From Phallusia mammillata (lineage: Eukaryota), in the NCBI GenBank assembly GCA_965637545.1, contig OZ281501.1, positions 3,348,001 to 3,412,000 on the forward strand: a stretch of DNA of 64,000 nt, written 5' to 3'. Each line of letters starts with the position of its first letter. The stretch's first letter is position 1. Under the pieces are notes generated by a model. That model was not told the DNA's origin. It made no database searches and was given only the letters and a program-made list of their open reading frames with translations. This document shows positions 39,001 through 52,238 of this stretch, one piece after another. The position numbers were made by a program, and so were the translations under genes.

Positions 39001-42000
39001 GTCTGGCATTGTTAGGTGGCGACTAAGGTGGTTTTAACGGGTTATTTGTTGTAATGTCTGGATAAAAGGTCATAGCTAGGTATGTTTAGAGCTGAGGTGT
39101 CTAAACCCTTAACAGTATCAGTGGTCACGGTACAAGTTGGTATTAGTGGTTAAATATACTTTTATGAAATTGACATCAGCAGTTCCTTATTCAAATAGAA
39201 AAGGCTACAACGTTTCAAAAATGATCTTTTGTGTTTATATGCACCTGTTCGTATCCAGAAAGTCCAAACGAAATTTATTTGGCCGAATTGATAAGTGAAT
39301 TAAAGTATTATACTTCAAGCTTCACGTCCAATTGTTTCTCGCGCATCTTAAATGCACGACTTTATTCCTTTAATGCTCATCGAACTTTGTGCTTGTAACT
39401 TGTAATATTGGGTGTTATTTAATTGTCTCCTTCAAAAACACATAGGTTTTTTAGCTCCTCAAGTAAGCGAACGGCAAGGTTGCGACTGCGCGGTCATCAT
39501 ATCGTGATCGTGTAATATGTAATTGACAGGTCCTTAAAAATAGTTTTTGAAATGGGCACTGAACACATGCAAATTCATCATTCATCATGTTGCTAAGTTT
39601 CATCATTTATCACGTACTCCTCTAGCAAGTGGACAAGGTAGCGTTTCGTTATCGCATAATCAAAATGCGTTATCACATTTCCACAACAAACCCGTGTCTC
39701 GCTTGTTCCGGGCTCAGCTTAAATCCGACTATTACCGCGACGTTCATCCCCGATTTTGTCACATTTACCCGCAGTTAAAGGAAAGGTCTTCGTAGTCCAG
39801 GAGTGATTAGCCCACGATGTTTACATTCATATCAAGATCGCATCAGCATCAGTTGCGAGTTCTTGAACGTAGGCGGAACTTGTTTTTACGCCTCTGGCAA
39901 TGAGATTAAACTCTGCCAAGCGAATGCACAAGGCAGGGTATGCGGGCAACACAATGAAACGAATTGTGGTGCAACGTAATATTGAAATCCGGATGTTTGG
40001 ATGACCGACATGTCTTTGTTTTGACACCGCGTGGGCATACATGGGCGTTCGCAACATGCCTCATGTTTTGTGTAAATTTTCTTCGAGATTGGGTCTAGTT
40101 ACACCTCCCGTCCTCGGCACATAAAGCATAAAGCATTGTGGTAAAATTTTTCGCAAACATAGTTTTAAAGCTAGCCCAGCAAGGTGATGTAAATTATAAG
40201 TTCTTATGTATGTTGTATTAAACCCAATTTACGCATGTAAAGACGTGTTTCATCGCTTTAACAAAAATTACCACGAAAAACGACTTTTTTGAGCTTTTCA
40301 CATTTTAAGGCGTTGGTTGTTTGTTTTTACACAGTCAGGTCAAAACCTTTTAGACTCGCGGGTCTACACTTGAAAGCTGACGTCAGACTTAATGTTGTGA
40401 CGCCATGGCTGTTTGTTGTAAACCACGGCACCGAAGCGTCCATTCTCGTTTGAGTAACCGTCTAGAAATTCCCGGTTAATGCTGCATATGATTTCCATAG
40501 TGCTAACTGAAAGAGTTTATCTTGGTTATTTTATCTTGGTATACCAAATTTCAGCTTTTGATGAATTCTTTTGAAAAATAAATTTTGAATTTCTTTTGAA
40601 TTCTTTTTTTTTAATTCATTCTCGAACTTTTTGAATTCTTTTTTTGATGAGAAATATTAGAGCCCAACTAAACGTAAAAAGCGACATGCTTTATTGCTCG
40701 AGCTTTTCGGCAAATGCCCATGCCATCATTAGTGGTATGAGGCTACAACAGTTTTTTGAACAGATTAGAGTATAACTTCTCCATTGAATTGTTGAAATTT
40801 GTGACAAAATTACGTAACCACGGGTGAATGCGCGAAACTCTTTGGCCCGTTTATTTGCGCAGTAACATATCCTCTTACAATTTTGCTGCTTGGGAAATGT
40901 CTGAATTTACAACATACAAAGTAATGCTTGTTTATCTCATGTTATGTGAGATGGCGTACCAACGAGTAAACCATGTTTCCTGGTTTGTCTTGTGTGTGAA
41001 ACTTTGCTCAAATTATGTACAGCATAAGGGAAAGCTTGTAAAACACATCACCACCACTCGTGTAAGAATGTGTGTCGAGTTTCAATGTTTGCTTGTGGAC
41101 AATTTGATAAACCAGTGTGCTAACGGACAGTTGTATATTTCAGACTATAACCACATGAAAAAATCTTTAACCCCCTTGGTTGGTCATTTTTTGCATTTGA
41201 CGCTTTTCTAATGTATGGGTTCATGCGATCTTGATAGGCTTTTGCAAAAGACGTGTATTACAAACTTCTTTCTATTTAAACTTTTTTGTCCGTTAAGCAT
41301 AAAATACAATGAATATCTGTTCAACTCAATATATAGCAAGGTCGTAATGTCAATTTACGCCAAAACAGGCCATCCATATATACAACACAGAAAAGACTTG
41401 AAAATAGGCGCTCTTTAGAGGTGGTCGGCGTGGGGGTGTTTGTTAAACGTCACAGTGTAACGCTAGGCCGGGAAAAGTACACAAACTTCAAGTGTGGATA
41501 CGTCACGATCAGATAATGACCTTCTTTGTGGGGCTCGGACCCTTCCGACGCACAGACATTACGTCATTAGAGAACACGCGAGGCGCTTCGAATATTTCTG
41601 TCCCTGTAACGCTGATCTTTATGATAGAGCGCCGTGATGAATAAATGATAAAGGGCGGATTCCATAAATTACGGCCTGTGCCGTAAACTTGAACATTTAA
41701 AAATTCTTTGATCTTTGTTTTCTTTCTAAGCCTAAATAAATGAATTTTGTATAGATTTATTTGGTTGTAAAAATTAGCCAAAACATTGAATACAATGCTC
41801 TTCAAAAACCTAGACATTGGGTTACCAGTGCATCAATTAAAACAATTAATCAAATTTTAAGTATGTTATCCATTTCAATACATAAGTATATGTTTGCTGA
41901 ACTATACTTTACTTTGGTTTAACCTGGTAAAATTCTTATAATACGAAAACCATCAATTGTTGGTTGAGGCGTGGGGTGAAATAAACAAACAGTGGAATGA

Positions 42001-45000
42001 CCATTGGTAACCGGGGGTAAATATAACTACGTCGCACACACCGTGTCATAATATTGACCGTGTCCGATAAATTATCTTGTGGTACTTCGCCAATTGTTGG
42101 TCTAATATCGGTCGACGCTTCCTTGCGTTTTTATATCAAACGATATGTTTATAAATGGCAACCTATTTTAGACCACAGGCAACCTATAAACAAACCATGA
42201 ACCCTATGAACAGCATTTTTGACAGGTAATAGCCATTTTAAACCAATCTCAAACACACCATTAAAAAATATATAACAAAGGGAAAAAACTCTAATCTAAA
42301 AACAGCTCAGCTTTATATTGAGCACTTTATAGGAGCAAACCTTATTTAAAGTAGGCCTAAAATGGATTCTTTGCGAATGGCCTTCAATTGTAAATTACCG
42401 TGACTATTTTGGATTTGGCAAAGGTAGACGGTCTTTAGGTCGAAATTCGTCTTTTAAGGCAGGCCTAGATAAGAAGTCGTTAATGTGTGATAACCTTGCC
42501 GGTCGAGATGCTAGCTTGATATCTGTATAGATTGATGACGGGCTTTAGCTATGCACAATGGGACGATGGTGAATTTTGAAAACTGATCTTTATCTCTTTT
42601 TACACTAATCTGTTGCGGAAATTGAACATGCAACATAAAAAGTATACGGTTTGGTTAGAGCACGTTTCTGTACTATTTTAGGTTTTAATGAGTTTGTAAA
42701 ATTACCAAGTTCGAAATTTTCTGTAAAATACCGCACCTCTGAACGATAAGTTTTTCTTTAAAAAACAAAACAAAAATGTAGTTTCAAGTTGTACAAGACA
42801 CATGTGCTGTGTCATGTCATTCACCACTTCAATAATATACCCAACGCTTTGTATAAATCAGCCAATTATGCAGGACCCATTTGCAATCAGCAATTATCAA
42901 TGTGCGTGCTTTCCAAAGGTAAATGTATATTAGATGTCCCTTAGGGATTTCTATTGGACGACTAGCGTGAGCTATGAACTGGAAAGCAGTAATATATTTG
43001 TTTTTGTTTCCTTATGTCTAACAAATGCAATAACGCAGTTAGTGTGATCAAATCATTAAGCTCAAGTTATAATTGCTTTAAATTAGATTGTCAAAATGTT
43101 TTCAAAACGCAAATATTTTTCAAAATGTATACCTTTCAACTAAACCTTAGGCATTTTAGGGGAATTTATGCTTTAAAAAGAGTGTGTACATTTTAACGTG
43201 TTGTTTGAAATGTATATTTATTTGTCAAAAAACATGCGGACGTACCAGCAAAACTTAAGTCAAATGCTTCAACGCAAACATATCCGAAACCCCACGTATG
43301 CAGCTTCTATATACAGGCCATAAATCACTTCGAAAAAAAAAACTTTACGCCACGCACATTTAGACCACTTAAACTGCGCAGCGTTCCTAAAACTGGATGA
43401 TCCGTGGGCATGTTTTGCCATTTGCACAACGTTCACCTTGAATGGCGAAACCATTTCACGGCCTGTTGATCCACCGGGACTTTAGGCTTCAGGACCTATA
43501 GCCTGAACGCTAGACACTTCGTCGATTTGAATTCAAATTAACACGTTGAGAGAGAACTTGCACCCGCAATTTCGGGGCTGACCTACTGGCAAGTATTTTG
43601 CGAAATTTGACACCAAATACATGTTTTGTCAGCACTTATGGCACGCACTACCCTAATGCGAATCATATGTAGCGAAATGCAGAAAGTTTTAAACTCTTAA
43701 GCGAGCATAGTTGCACCAATACCACTCCAAATCTAAAATTGTGCGATTTTTAAGTCAAAAAAGTCCAATTGTTATGGTGTTTGGCTTTCACAATTGTGAA
43801 AAGTTAAAAAAAGTATATTTAATCGAGATTACACATGCTTTTTAATCACATTCTGAATCTAAAATAGATTTATCTGTTGTACAAAGTATAGAAAGGCATA
43901 GAAGTGTTGTTATCATGAAGATTTTCAATTGACATGGGGTTGATAAACCTATTTGATTCATAATAAACACTTAAGGACTAAACATCCGATTCAGTAGCTT
44001 ACAATTCACTTTATGAATGCTAATGTCAAACCTGTATAGCATAGTGGGGACTTCACATACTGACACCATTCATCTTTTCACTAGTAGTTTTTCAATAGAG
44101 GTTAAACAAGTACTGAGTATACTTGAAACTTGAAATACAAGCATATCACATTATAATTTGGGTTAAAAGTTTGTGCCGCAGCGAAACTGAAGAAGGTAAA
44201 GTAACTTTAAACTGTTCAAGTGTGTACACCTGTGTTCCCAACCAAAATGCAAGACACCAAAACCAAAATCCTAACCCTTTTGTGTTTAGTTGACAGGAAC
44301 CCAGGTTGTTATTGGTTCCCTTCCCTGAACACAAATTGTTTTTGTCCGTGCCTTTGTCTGTCCAACGCTGGTTTGTTCTAAGCGTTTGGCCAATAAAAAA
44401 TGCTTCGAGCTTATTCAAATTGTTAGCTTGTTATCCAAAGTTGATCCATTTGGCCCTGGATGATCCAGCGGTTCACACACATACGTACAAAACGTGAAAT
44501 TTTACTTACTAGAGTACATGATCCAGGAGTTTCATACTTTATTGGATGCTGCATTGCAAAAGGTTTTAAATGTTTTTGTAACTTTTAGTTGGATTTGCGC
44601 ATTTAATTCTGCAAATGGAAAAGTCACCTAAAAAACATTACATCGCATCAAATCTATACAACCGTTTTTAAAGAAATTGAACTTTTTCTAAATCATTTTT
44701 TTGAAGCGTTTGAAACGCAACTTTATACAAAATGCATTTTACTGACTAAGAAATGTGCCCAGTAACCTCGGTTTAAACGTACAAGATTCTTGACTCGGCG
44801 TCTCAAGTCAGGGTCCATTAGCGCTAAACCCTAGCTTAGCATGTTTGGGTGTTTTCGTAATGTTATGAGCTCCTCTCTTCCAAGAGCGTGACCTTTGCGA
44901 TGGGTGACGTGTTTATGACGTCTGAAATGGACGTTCTAGAATTGAAATCGGATGTTAGGGCCGTTGACGAGTGACGCGACGTTAGAAAGTTTGACGTCAT

Positions 45001-48000
45001 TATGTGTACCTTCAAAGGCGATGTTGATGTATTGAATTCAAGCGAACGGGGAAAATTATGTTACTGCGTTGAAGATTTAAGTCTGTCTGGTCTTATTTCC
45101 CGTGTTTGTATAAGTTAAATCAAATCACGTTGATGGCTTTAAATGCACATCTACAAAATGTCTAGTGGTATTGGCATGGTTGAAATGGCGAGAGAATATA
45201 ACTTACCTTGTTTTGATGCAAGTTTATTGTATTATCTAACGAAGATTATACACTTGGAAAAATGAGTTTATTCTCAAATCGTATAGATTAATTTTTCGTT
45301 GTAAATTATCCTGTACAAATTCTGGCAATACCCAATATACTGTGGCTTCTATTTTTAACGGAACTGGTCGAATCAATTTTTATATAAAACTTTTCAAAAT
45401 GTTTGTGTTTGGGAATATACACCGATACTTTCACTAAAATTATACAGGCTATATTTTACGTTCCGCACATAGTATAAAATTCCTTAATGGACAGACAAGT
45501 TACATGATGTAAGCATTCATGTATTGATTCGTGTAACCACATTTCGCGATAGTTCAAAACAGGATCGGTCAAGCCCGGACAAGCCTTCCATATTTACCTA
45601 GTGGCCCGCTCGCAAACGTTTACATCTCTTCTATGTTGGCACTGGATTTTTCCATCACCGCTTTTAACGCAGATCAAGTGTTGTTCCTAAGCGTCCGCCA
45701 ACGCAAAAATATTGTTGATTGCCTTTCCCTTGAGGCACGATCGGCGTTTAAGTTCATACATTTGGCCATGTGTGTTGTGTACAGCTGTAATCTAATCTAG
45801 ATCTCTTGGTATTTGAATGTACTCCCTTCTGCGCCTGTACAGCTAAGTATTTTTGCACATACCTAGTGAAATACTTGTTTTGTATTTAACGAGTTTTAAC
45901 TATCGTTTTTTGCGGGTAGGCATTCATTTAGAGATTGCCCAAATTTTTTCATCCGCTTTAAGTGCTTGTTAAACTCGTTATGTCTTGAAAACCGATCCGT
46001 CGACGCCAATACCCATTTATCGACGGTCAAATATGGAATTTGTCATGTCTACATAGCAAATTCCAGGCAAATCGGTCTGGTAACGTTTCATTCCGTCTCA
46101 AACCGTGATAGTACCATTGTTCCTCAGGGCAGAAACTAGACGAAAAATTGCACTGATGAAATTCCGCAAAGTTTTTTAAACCTTTTTCTACGCATAAATC
46201 ACTTATCGAAGCGTGAAAATCTTGTTGCTAACCGCTGTGAGTAAAGACTTTCTTGTTTGAATAGCTTGACTCGTTTTTTCCGGCCTCTTTCAATCGTCAA
46301 TGGCGTTTCACGTTAACCTGTTTCCGCGCTTCATCCGGCATAAACAACCCAGCATCAACAAGCAGGCGTTTTATCTTTTACTTTCCGTCGTTGGCGTGAA
46401 GCCACAAACGAAAACAGGTAGCTTTTCTGGCGTATCACTTTCCTAAAGCTTTCGCGACACAGAAACCTTAATCGCCTAATAAGCAGAAAAAACGGGCCTG
46501 GCAGGGTCAAAGGGCGAATAGAAAGAGGATCAGCTGGTTTTGGGTCCAAGTAAGTGATATGGACGTTTGCAAGGCGTTCCAACTTGCGTTTGATGTTACT
46601 CAACGGCCACAGCACGGGCCATTTGTTTTGCAAACGGCGTTTGGGCCCAGGCGCGCCCGGTTTCGCCACTAATCCCGAAACGCAGAGAGAAAGAAATAAA
46701 CGGAACCGAAGTAGGGACACGCGCTGGTTTTGCACGCCGGTGCGTTCGTTAAAAGTGCGCACCGCCTGTCGGATGTCTGTGTTTTCGCTTTATGTTTTAC
46801 TGGTCGCTCGCCGGTTCGGAGGGCCTTGAGCGTTTCTTTCATGCTCTTGTACACGATGCGGCCCGGCGGCTGAACCAGACGTGCCATTTCCTGCTTTGGA
46901 GATAGCAAACTTGCGACGGGTACCTATCGTGTGGGTTGTTGTACTGCTGCTTACAAGATACGTTATCGCTAAGTATATTCCCATTAACAAAACCCCCTCG
47001 AGCAGCTTGACTGTAAAATACCGAATCTTCAAAACATTTCAAGCCTATAATTTTGCAACTTGCCTAAATTGTTAAAGGAATATTTTTCTTTCAAATTAGA
47101 TCATTCGCTGTTTTCAATAAGAAAAAATATCGATAAGAACTGATGGTTGCAAATATGATCTCATACCGTTTTGTCCTTACATGAAGCCTCCTCCAGTCAG
47201 TAATAGTAAAATGAGTGCTCAAAAATCGAAACTAACGATGTTTTCGTTTTGTCGATCGAAGCAAATTGAATTTTTCGCCAAGAATGACTAAAATTTTCGG
47301 CAAAACGCATCAGTTCCGCTTGAGCAAATTCCGTCATCGATTAGGAAGGGGGTCGAGTCGCTTTGTTTTGTGCAACTTACCTTAAAAGCTTGGACGCTGT
47401 CTCTTGAGAAAGATAGATAGCTTGTGTCGGCTCTTGATCGATTCGAAGCCTTTGACCCCACCGGCTAAAGTTGCGCCATTATTGAGTCATTTGTGCACAA
47501 ATTCCAACGCTTTACTTTTTTTAGGTATTCTTTTCTGATCCTCAAAAATTTGTACGTTAATATGACACTAAAATTTTAAAATTTTCGTAGTTCAAGTTAT
47601 ATTTGCATTTAAAATCTTTTTATCTCTGTTGATGTTTTGGTTTGAAAATTGTAGACAGTCTGATGGTTTCCTCAGTAGTTGACACGACTAATCCAATAAT
47701 TTGTTCCCGAAAGACACAATGCCAAAACCTGTCATAATTGTGATGAATCGGTGTGACTGTTTCCAAAAAAAACCTTGTACGAAAATTTGTCTATGAAGAG
47801 ATAGAGGTAGTTTCTAGTGAATCGTTGTGAAAGGTCACGAAACCGAAAAGACAGCTTTTCTGTGTTAAATAATTCAGCCTGTTTACGAAAAAGTGCTCAA
47901 TTTCACAGTAAATAATTGATGAAGCTTAAGTCTTTGTGCATTGACTTGCTGCAAATTGTAATCACCAGCTAAAACTTACTTTGACCCGGAGGTCATGTAT

Positions 48001-49091
48001 TTGATGTAAACCTAAAGACAGTTTTAACTAAGATCTTATTAGGACAACACAATCGTTAGTATTGGGCTTCTTCTATGACCCATTTCAAGCAATGTTTTTT
48101 AATATAACTGCCGGTCAATTATTTTTGATCACACTTCAACTAAAGGGTCGATATTCTATTTGAACCGTGGAGTCTTTATAATTTAATTTCCTTATACCCG
48201 GTAATGTCGCAACCTAGCTGCCAAAGCTGGGTTTGTTTTGAACCTCTAACCTTTCCTGAGCCTCAGTTCACGCCTCAAACAGTGACGCCATGTCCAATGA
48301 CTACTCAGTTTGCAATTCGTACGAAAAACTCGAATTTTAGCCTCAAAGAAGCACTACAAAGAGTTAGTTGATTCATACACCTATTTTTGCCACATGCAGC
48401 GCTATGTACCCCAACAACTGTAATCCTTGCTAATTCTATCAGAGCTTTGCTTTTCCATGCATAATTGCGCTGGTCGTATATTATGCATTAGTAGCAATCG
48501 TTACATTGCCTGTAGTTAGTAGGAACTAACTTAAATCTAACAGCATCTTTGGTGACTCTTATATATTTACTAGAATACATTGGAATGGTAATATATTGTA
48601 AAGGTGTGCTTACTATACTTTTCCATGCTGCATTGTAGATTTTATTACTGCAGTCATTTGATAATTGATCATACAATCCATCTTTTACATTCTTTTAATA
48701 AGTTTACTTGAGTGATATTAATCTATTTTGTGTTTGCTTTTTTTCCATTCCTACTTTTCTATTTCCATTTCTCTTCTCAATTTTCTTTCCTTGTGTTCTA
48801 TTGTGTCAAAAATCCTGACTAAATTAATTACTCTGTTCTTGTAATTCGAAATTATATAAAACGCCGCATTTTGTGCGCTCGTATTGCATCCCCTTGTCAA
48901 ATTTAAACGCTTTTCTGCGTTCGAACATGCATTGTCATGTCCGAATGTTTGTGCCTGGCTAAAAATATCCAATAACACTTAACATCGAATATTAATTAAT
49001 TGACCCGCTTCTATCATTTGTGGCGCTGCTTTCACCTCTGCTGACCCCCTTGAACCCCGCTTTCCATTATCCCCATGCATGCCATATACAG

Positions 49092-49370
49092 AACCAACCG
49101 CGTTTGACCTCACTACTGAGCTTACTACGAGTTCCTCGACTATGCCTTACCCGACGGCTGATTGCAACGTCGAATTTTGCCTAATCAACTACAAGGAGAT
49201 AGTGACCAATGACACACCGTCGCCGGTTCGGTGTACGGCCTTGCGCCGACTCCACGACTGCATGCTAAACTCGCCGTCTCACTGCGCAACTGCAGACCCC
49301 CGCTACATGCTTATTGATGAACGGAGGCAGGATTCATACAAGACATTCCAATGCTCGCGTTTCGCATCAG
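49092..49370 (+). CDS. cassette exon of the multiplexin: Thr/Ser/Pro linker plus RGM N-terminal-like six-Cys domain
   Basis: CTGAC branch-like motif and pyrimidine-rich tract, acceptor ATACAG|, donor TCAG|GTTGTC; 279 nt, phase 1-1, in frame with the 30745 donor and 50390 acceptor; C-x4-C..C-TALRRLHD-C-x7-C-ATADPRY..C. Confidence 0.7.
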
Positions 49371-50389
49371 GTTGTCATGGCAATGCCGAATGACGTCGTC
49401 GTTTTTGTTGTCTGTCTTCCCACACACTTGTTTTTGCTCAGTTGTGTGTTTTTTGTGTTCAGTTCGAGCTACTACAACTTGCAGTTGTGTGGCTGGCAAC
49501 TGTAATTTGAAACACTTTGCATGTTAAACGTTACAGACAGTTTAAATCGGACTTAACTATCCCACAAAGACCTATTTTTAAATGTAATGAGTTTCAAATT
49601 AGGTTATTCAAATCTACCTATTGCAATGATTAAAATCTTTCCTAATGGTAAAAATTTGTCATTTAAACTACACGATTTGGGAGTAAAATTAATGAACAAT
49701 TTTTGAGCTGTAAACAAACGATTACTTACAGTTGTGGTATTATATTCAGACATGCCAAGCCTGCTTGTCCTCAAAGAAAATGCATGACATTATCTGAACT
49801 GGCCCTGTAATTTTGCAAACCTTACCGGAACTTGCATGTTTAAGTTCCGTACCTACCCTGTAATTTGTGCTGGCCGTTTATGCATGCATGTCTGGTGTGT
49901 TAATTTGTGTCTGCTAGCCAAAACACATTCCACTGAAACTGAACTAATGGTTGTCACAATGTGGTACACTGTTTTTTTGTAACAATTTCAAGTTTGAGGC
50001 ATATTTGTGACAGATATATTTTGGTACCATAAGTTGTCTATCAGAGTCCACTAGGACACTTGCTACAACGGTTTCAATGGCAGTCAATCTTATTGTCAAT
50101 TAAACCAACAGGCAATATGAGCACTTCAAAAACATAAGGAACAAAGCATGTTGTTTTGTAGGCATATCTTCCAGTGTTTTTGCTTAAAATGCTCCATTTC
50201 CACAAAGACTTTGGCGAGAAAAAAAAGTTTTTCTCCATACCATGTATTTCATGCCATTTTTAGTTAACTAACCAAGCACAAATCCTCGGTAAAATTTGGC
50301 CAGTAAAGATATTTAGTAGACAAAACTCATACACTACAAATCCTGTGTACCTCTATTTCTAACTGCTTCTGTGATTGAATTCGTTCCAG

Positions 50390-50518
50390 GTGTGAGCCAC
50401 GATAAAGTGGATTTTATAGCTGCAATACCAACTCCTCTCGATGCGTCAATTTCCTATGTTCGAGGCCACAACGGATTTCCTGCCTTTGAATTCATGAGCA
50501 ACGGAAAGACAACCATCA
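50390..50518 (+). CDS. COL15A1/COL18A1-like: multiplexin TSPN/LamG domain exon 1
   Basis: AG|..|GTAAGT, phase 1-1; VDFIAAIPTPLDASISYVRGHNGFPAFEF is a typical multiplexin TSPN start. Confidence 0.9.
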
Positions 50519-50558
50519 GTAAGTGCTACATCTTACAACGTGCATTAATAGTTTAGAC

Positions 50559-50734
50559 CAGTGGTTCTTAACCTTTTTTCCTTGCTGCACCCCTTTCAAA
50601 TCACCAACCAACTTTCTCACACCCCCCTGGATTTTTGTGCTTATATAGAATAGACCTAACCAACCTTAATGATTCAGCATCCCCGCACCCCCTAGGAACA
50701 GTTCTCGCACCCCTTGGGGGTGCATGCACCCCTG
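50559..50734. mobile_element. hAT (Charlie-like) MITE with shortened right TIR
   Basis: Left end CAGTGGTTCTTAACCT, repeated GCACCCC motifs, 8-bp TSD GTTTAGAC at 50551-50558 and 50735-50742. Confidence 0.8.
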
Positions 50735-51543
50735 GTTTAGACTAAATGAAATTTTGATCTGTGGATATGCAACTAATTTTTAAAAAACAAGCTGTCCTAT
50801 AAGCATAAGCAAAGTTTTACCTCGATGTAATTTCTCAAGAACCAACACAGTCAAATAATTATAAAATATTTCTTTCATATAAAATAATTTGTAAGCAAAA
50901 TTTGGGCTTTATTAGGAAACACATGTCATTTGTTAAACACGTTTTGACACATGATACTGGCTAATGGTGTTGGAACACATAGCAGTTAGTCGACCCAAAA
51001 TGCGGTTTTCCGATCTCCAAATTCCTGTGAATGTTATTTTCTTTCCGGTATTCGGCAATGCAAAAACAATTTAGAAACGCAAAAAGGAATCTATACAGCC
51101 GCACCTGCATGTCAATTACTGTGTTAAAAGTCTCTTGCCGACTTGGTGGTCGAATTTGTGGCGCAACAGCACAGTTGAGCGAGTGCAGGCGCCTGGCCCT
51201 TGTGTCCATGATAAATACTCCACGTGTGCGAAATGGAATCTGATGCAAATACGAAAGTGGAGAGCTTGAATCCAGTGAACTGGAACCTTTCGTTCGTTCA
51301 ACAGACTGAACTCACGCTAGAACTTGCCCGCGAGGTTACGCACCCGAGGCCTAAGACCCGTAGATCCTATTATTTTGTTTAAACCTATGTCCAACGTCAA
51401 AATAACGTTTAACTCGATTTTTTGTATTACTGAGTTATTCATTTTCGTTACAGATTAATATTTCGGGTTTAAACTACCGTACTTTGAATGTTTAAGTCAT
51501 GCAATTTTTTTGCACTTAGATAAAAAAAGTAAATCACTATAGG

Positions 51544-51723
51544 CAGTGGTGGGATTCAAATTTTTTGTCAGCCGGTTCTATCACAAAAGTCATATTTTTC
51601 AGTCGGTTCTCTTACAAAAGGTCCATTGACTGTAACCAGTAATGCTAACCGGTTCGCTGATCTCATAAAATTTCGTGAGACGGTTCTATAGAACCGCTGC
51701 GAACCGGCTGAATCCCACCACTG
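51544..51723. mobile_element. hAT-type MITE
   Basis: Perfect 15-bp TIR CAGTGGTGGGATTCA / TGAATCCCACCACTG; TSD ACTATAGG/ATTATAGG (7 of 8). Confidence 0.9.
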
Positions 51724-52017
51724 ATTATAGGACAAATTTGAAAAATAGCACACACTTCTAAAATCTACTTGTCAAATCATGTTGTAGTATTTAGTATTAG
51801 GCGCATTTTTATACATTTATGTGATAACTTTAGATAAATCATTGAAATTGTTTCTTAACTTGGTGTTCTCGGAAATTAAGCTTGATGCATTGAACTTGGT
51901 CAAAGATGGCAGTGATGTCAGTTTGCCTGTTAACTTTTTTGAACTTGCCATTTGTGATTCCAAATGTTTTTAACCAACTTTACCCCATTGTAACAAGTAT
52001 TCTAAACTTCTTCTCAG

Positions 52018-52238
52018 ACGAACCAACCGCTGATCGATTCCCGAATGGCCTTCCCGAAGAGTTTGCCATTCTAGCTATTGTCAACCCACGGACTCGGGAG
52101 TGTGGATATCTTTTCGAAGTCAAGGACAAAAGCGGATCTAAGACACCCCTGGGAGTCCAGATCTGCCCGCTGGAGGGCGACTCTGAGCGCATGAAAATCA
52201 GTCTGTTCTGGAACAATGACGTCATCGCCAATTTTAAG
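52018..52238 (+). CDS. COL15A1/COL18A1-like: multiplexin TSPN exon 2
   Basis: FPNGLPEEFAILAIVNP..GYLFEV..LGVQI..ISLFW; phase 1-0. Confidence 0.93.

Noticed and set aside
46881-47075. Hydrophobic VPIVWVVVLLL as an alternative collagen signal peptide
   Set aside because: No in-frame ATG after the upstream stop and no suitable phase-1 donor
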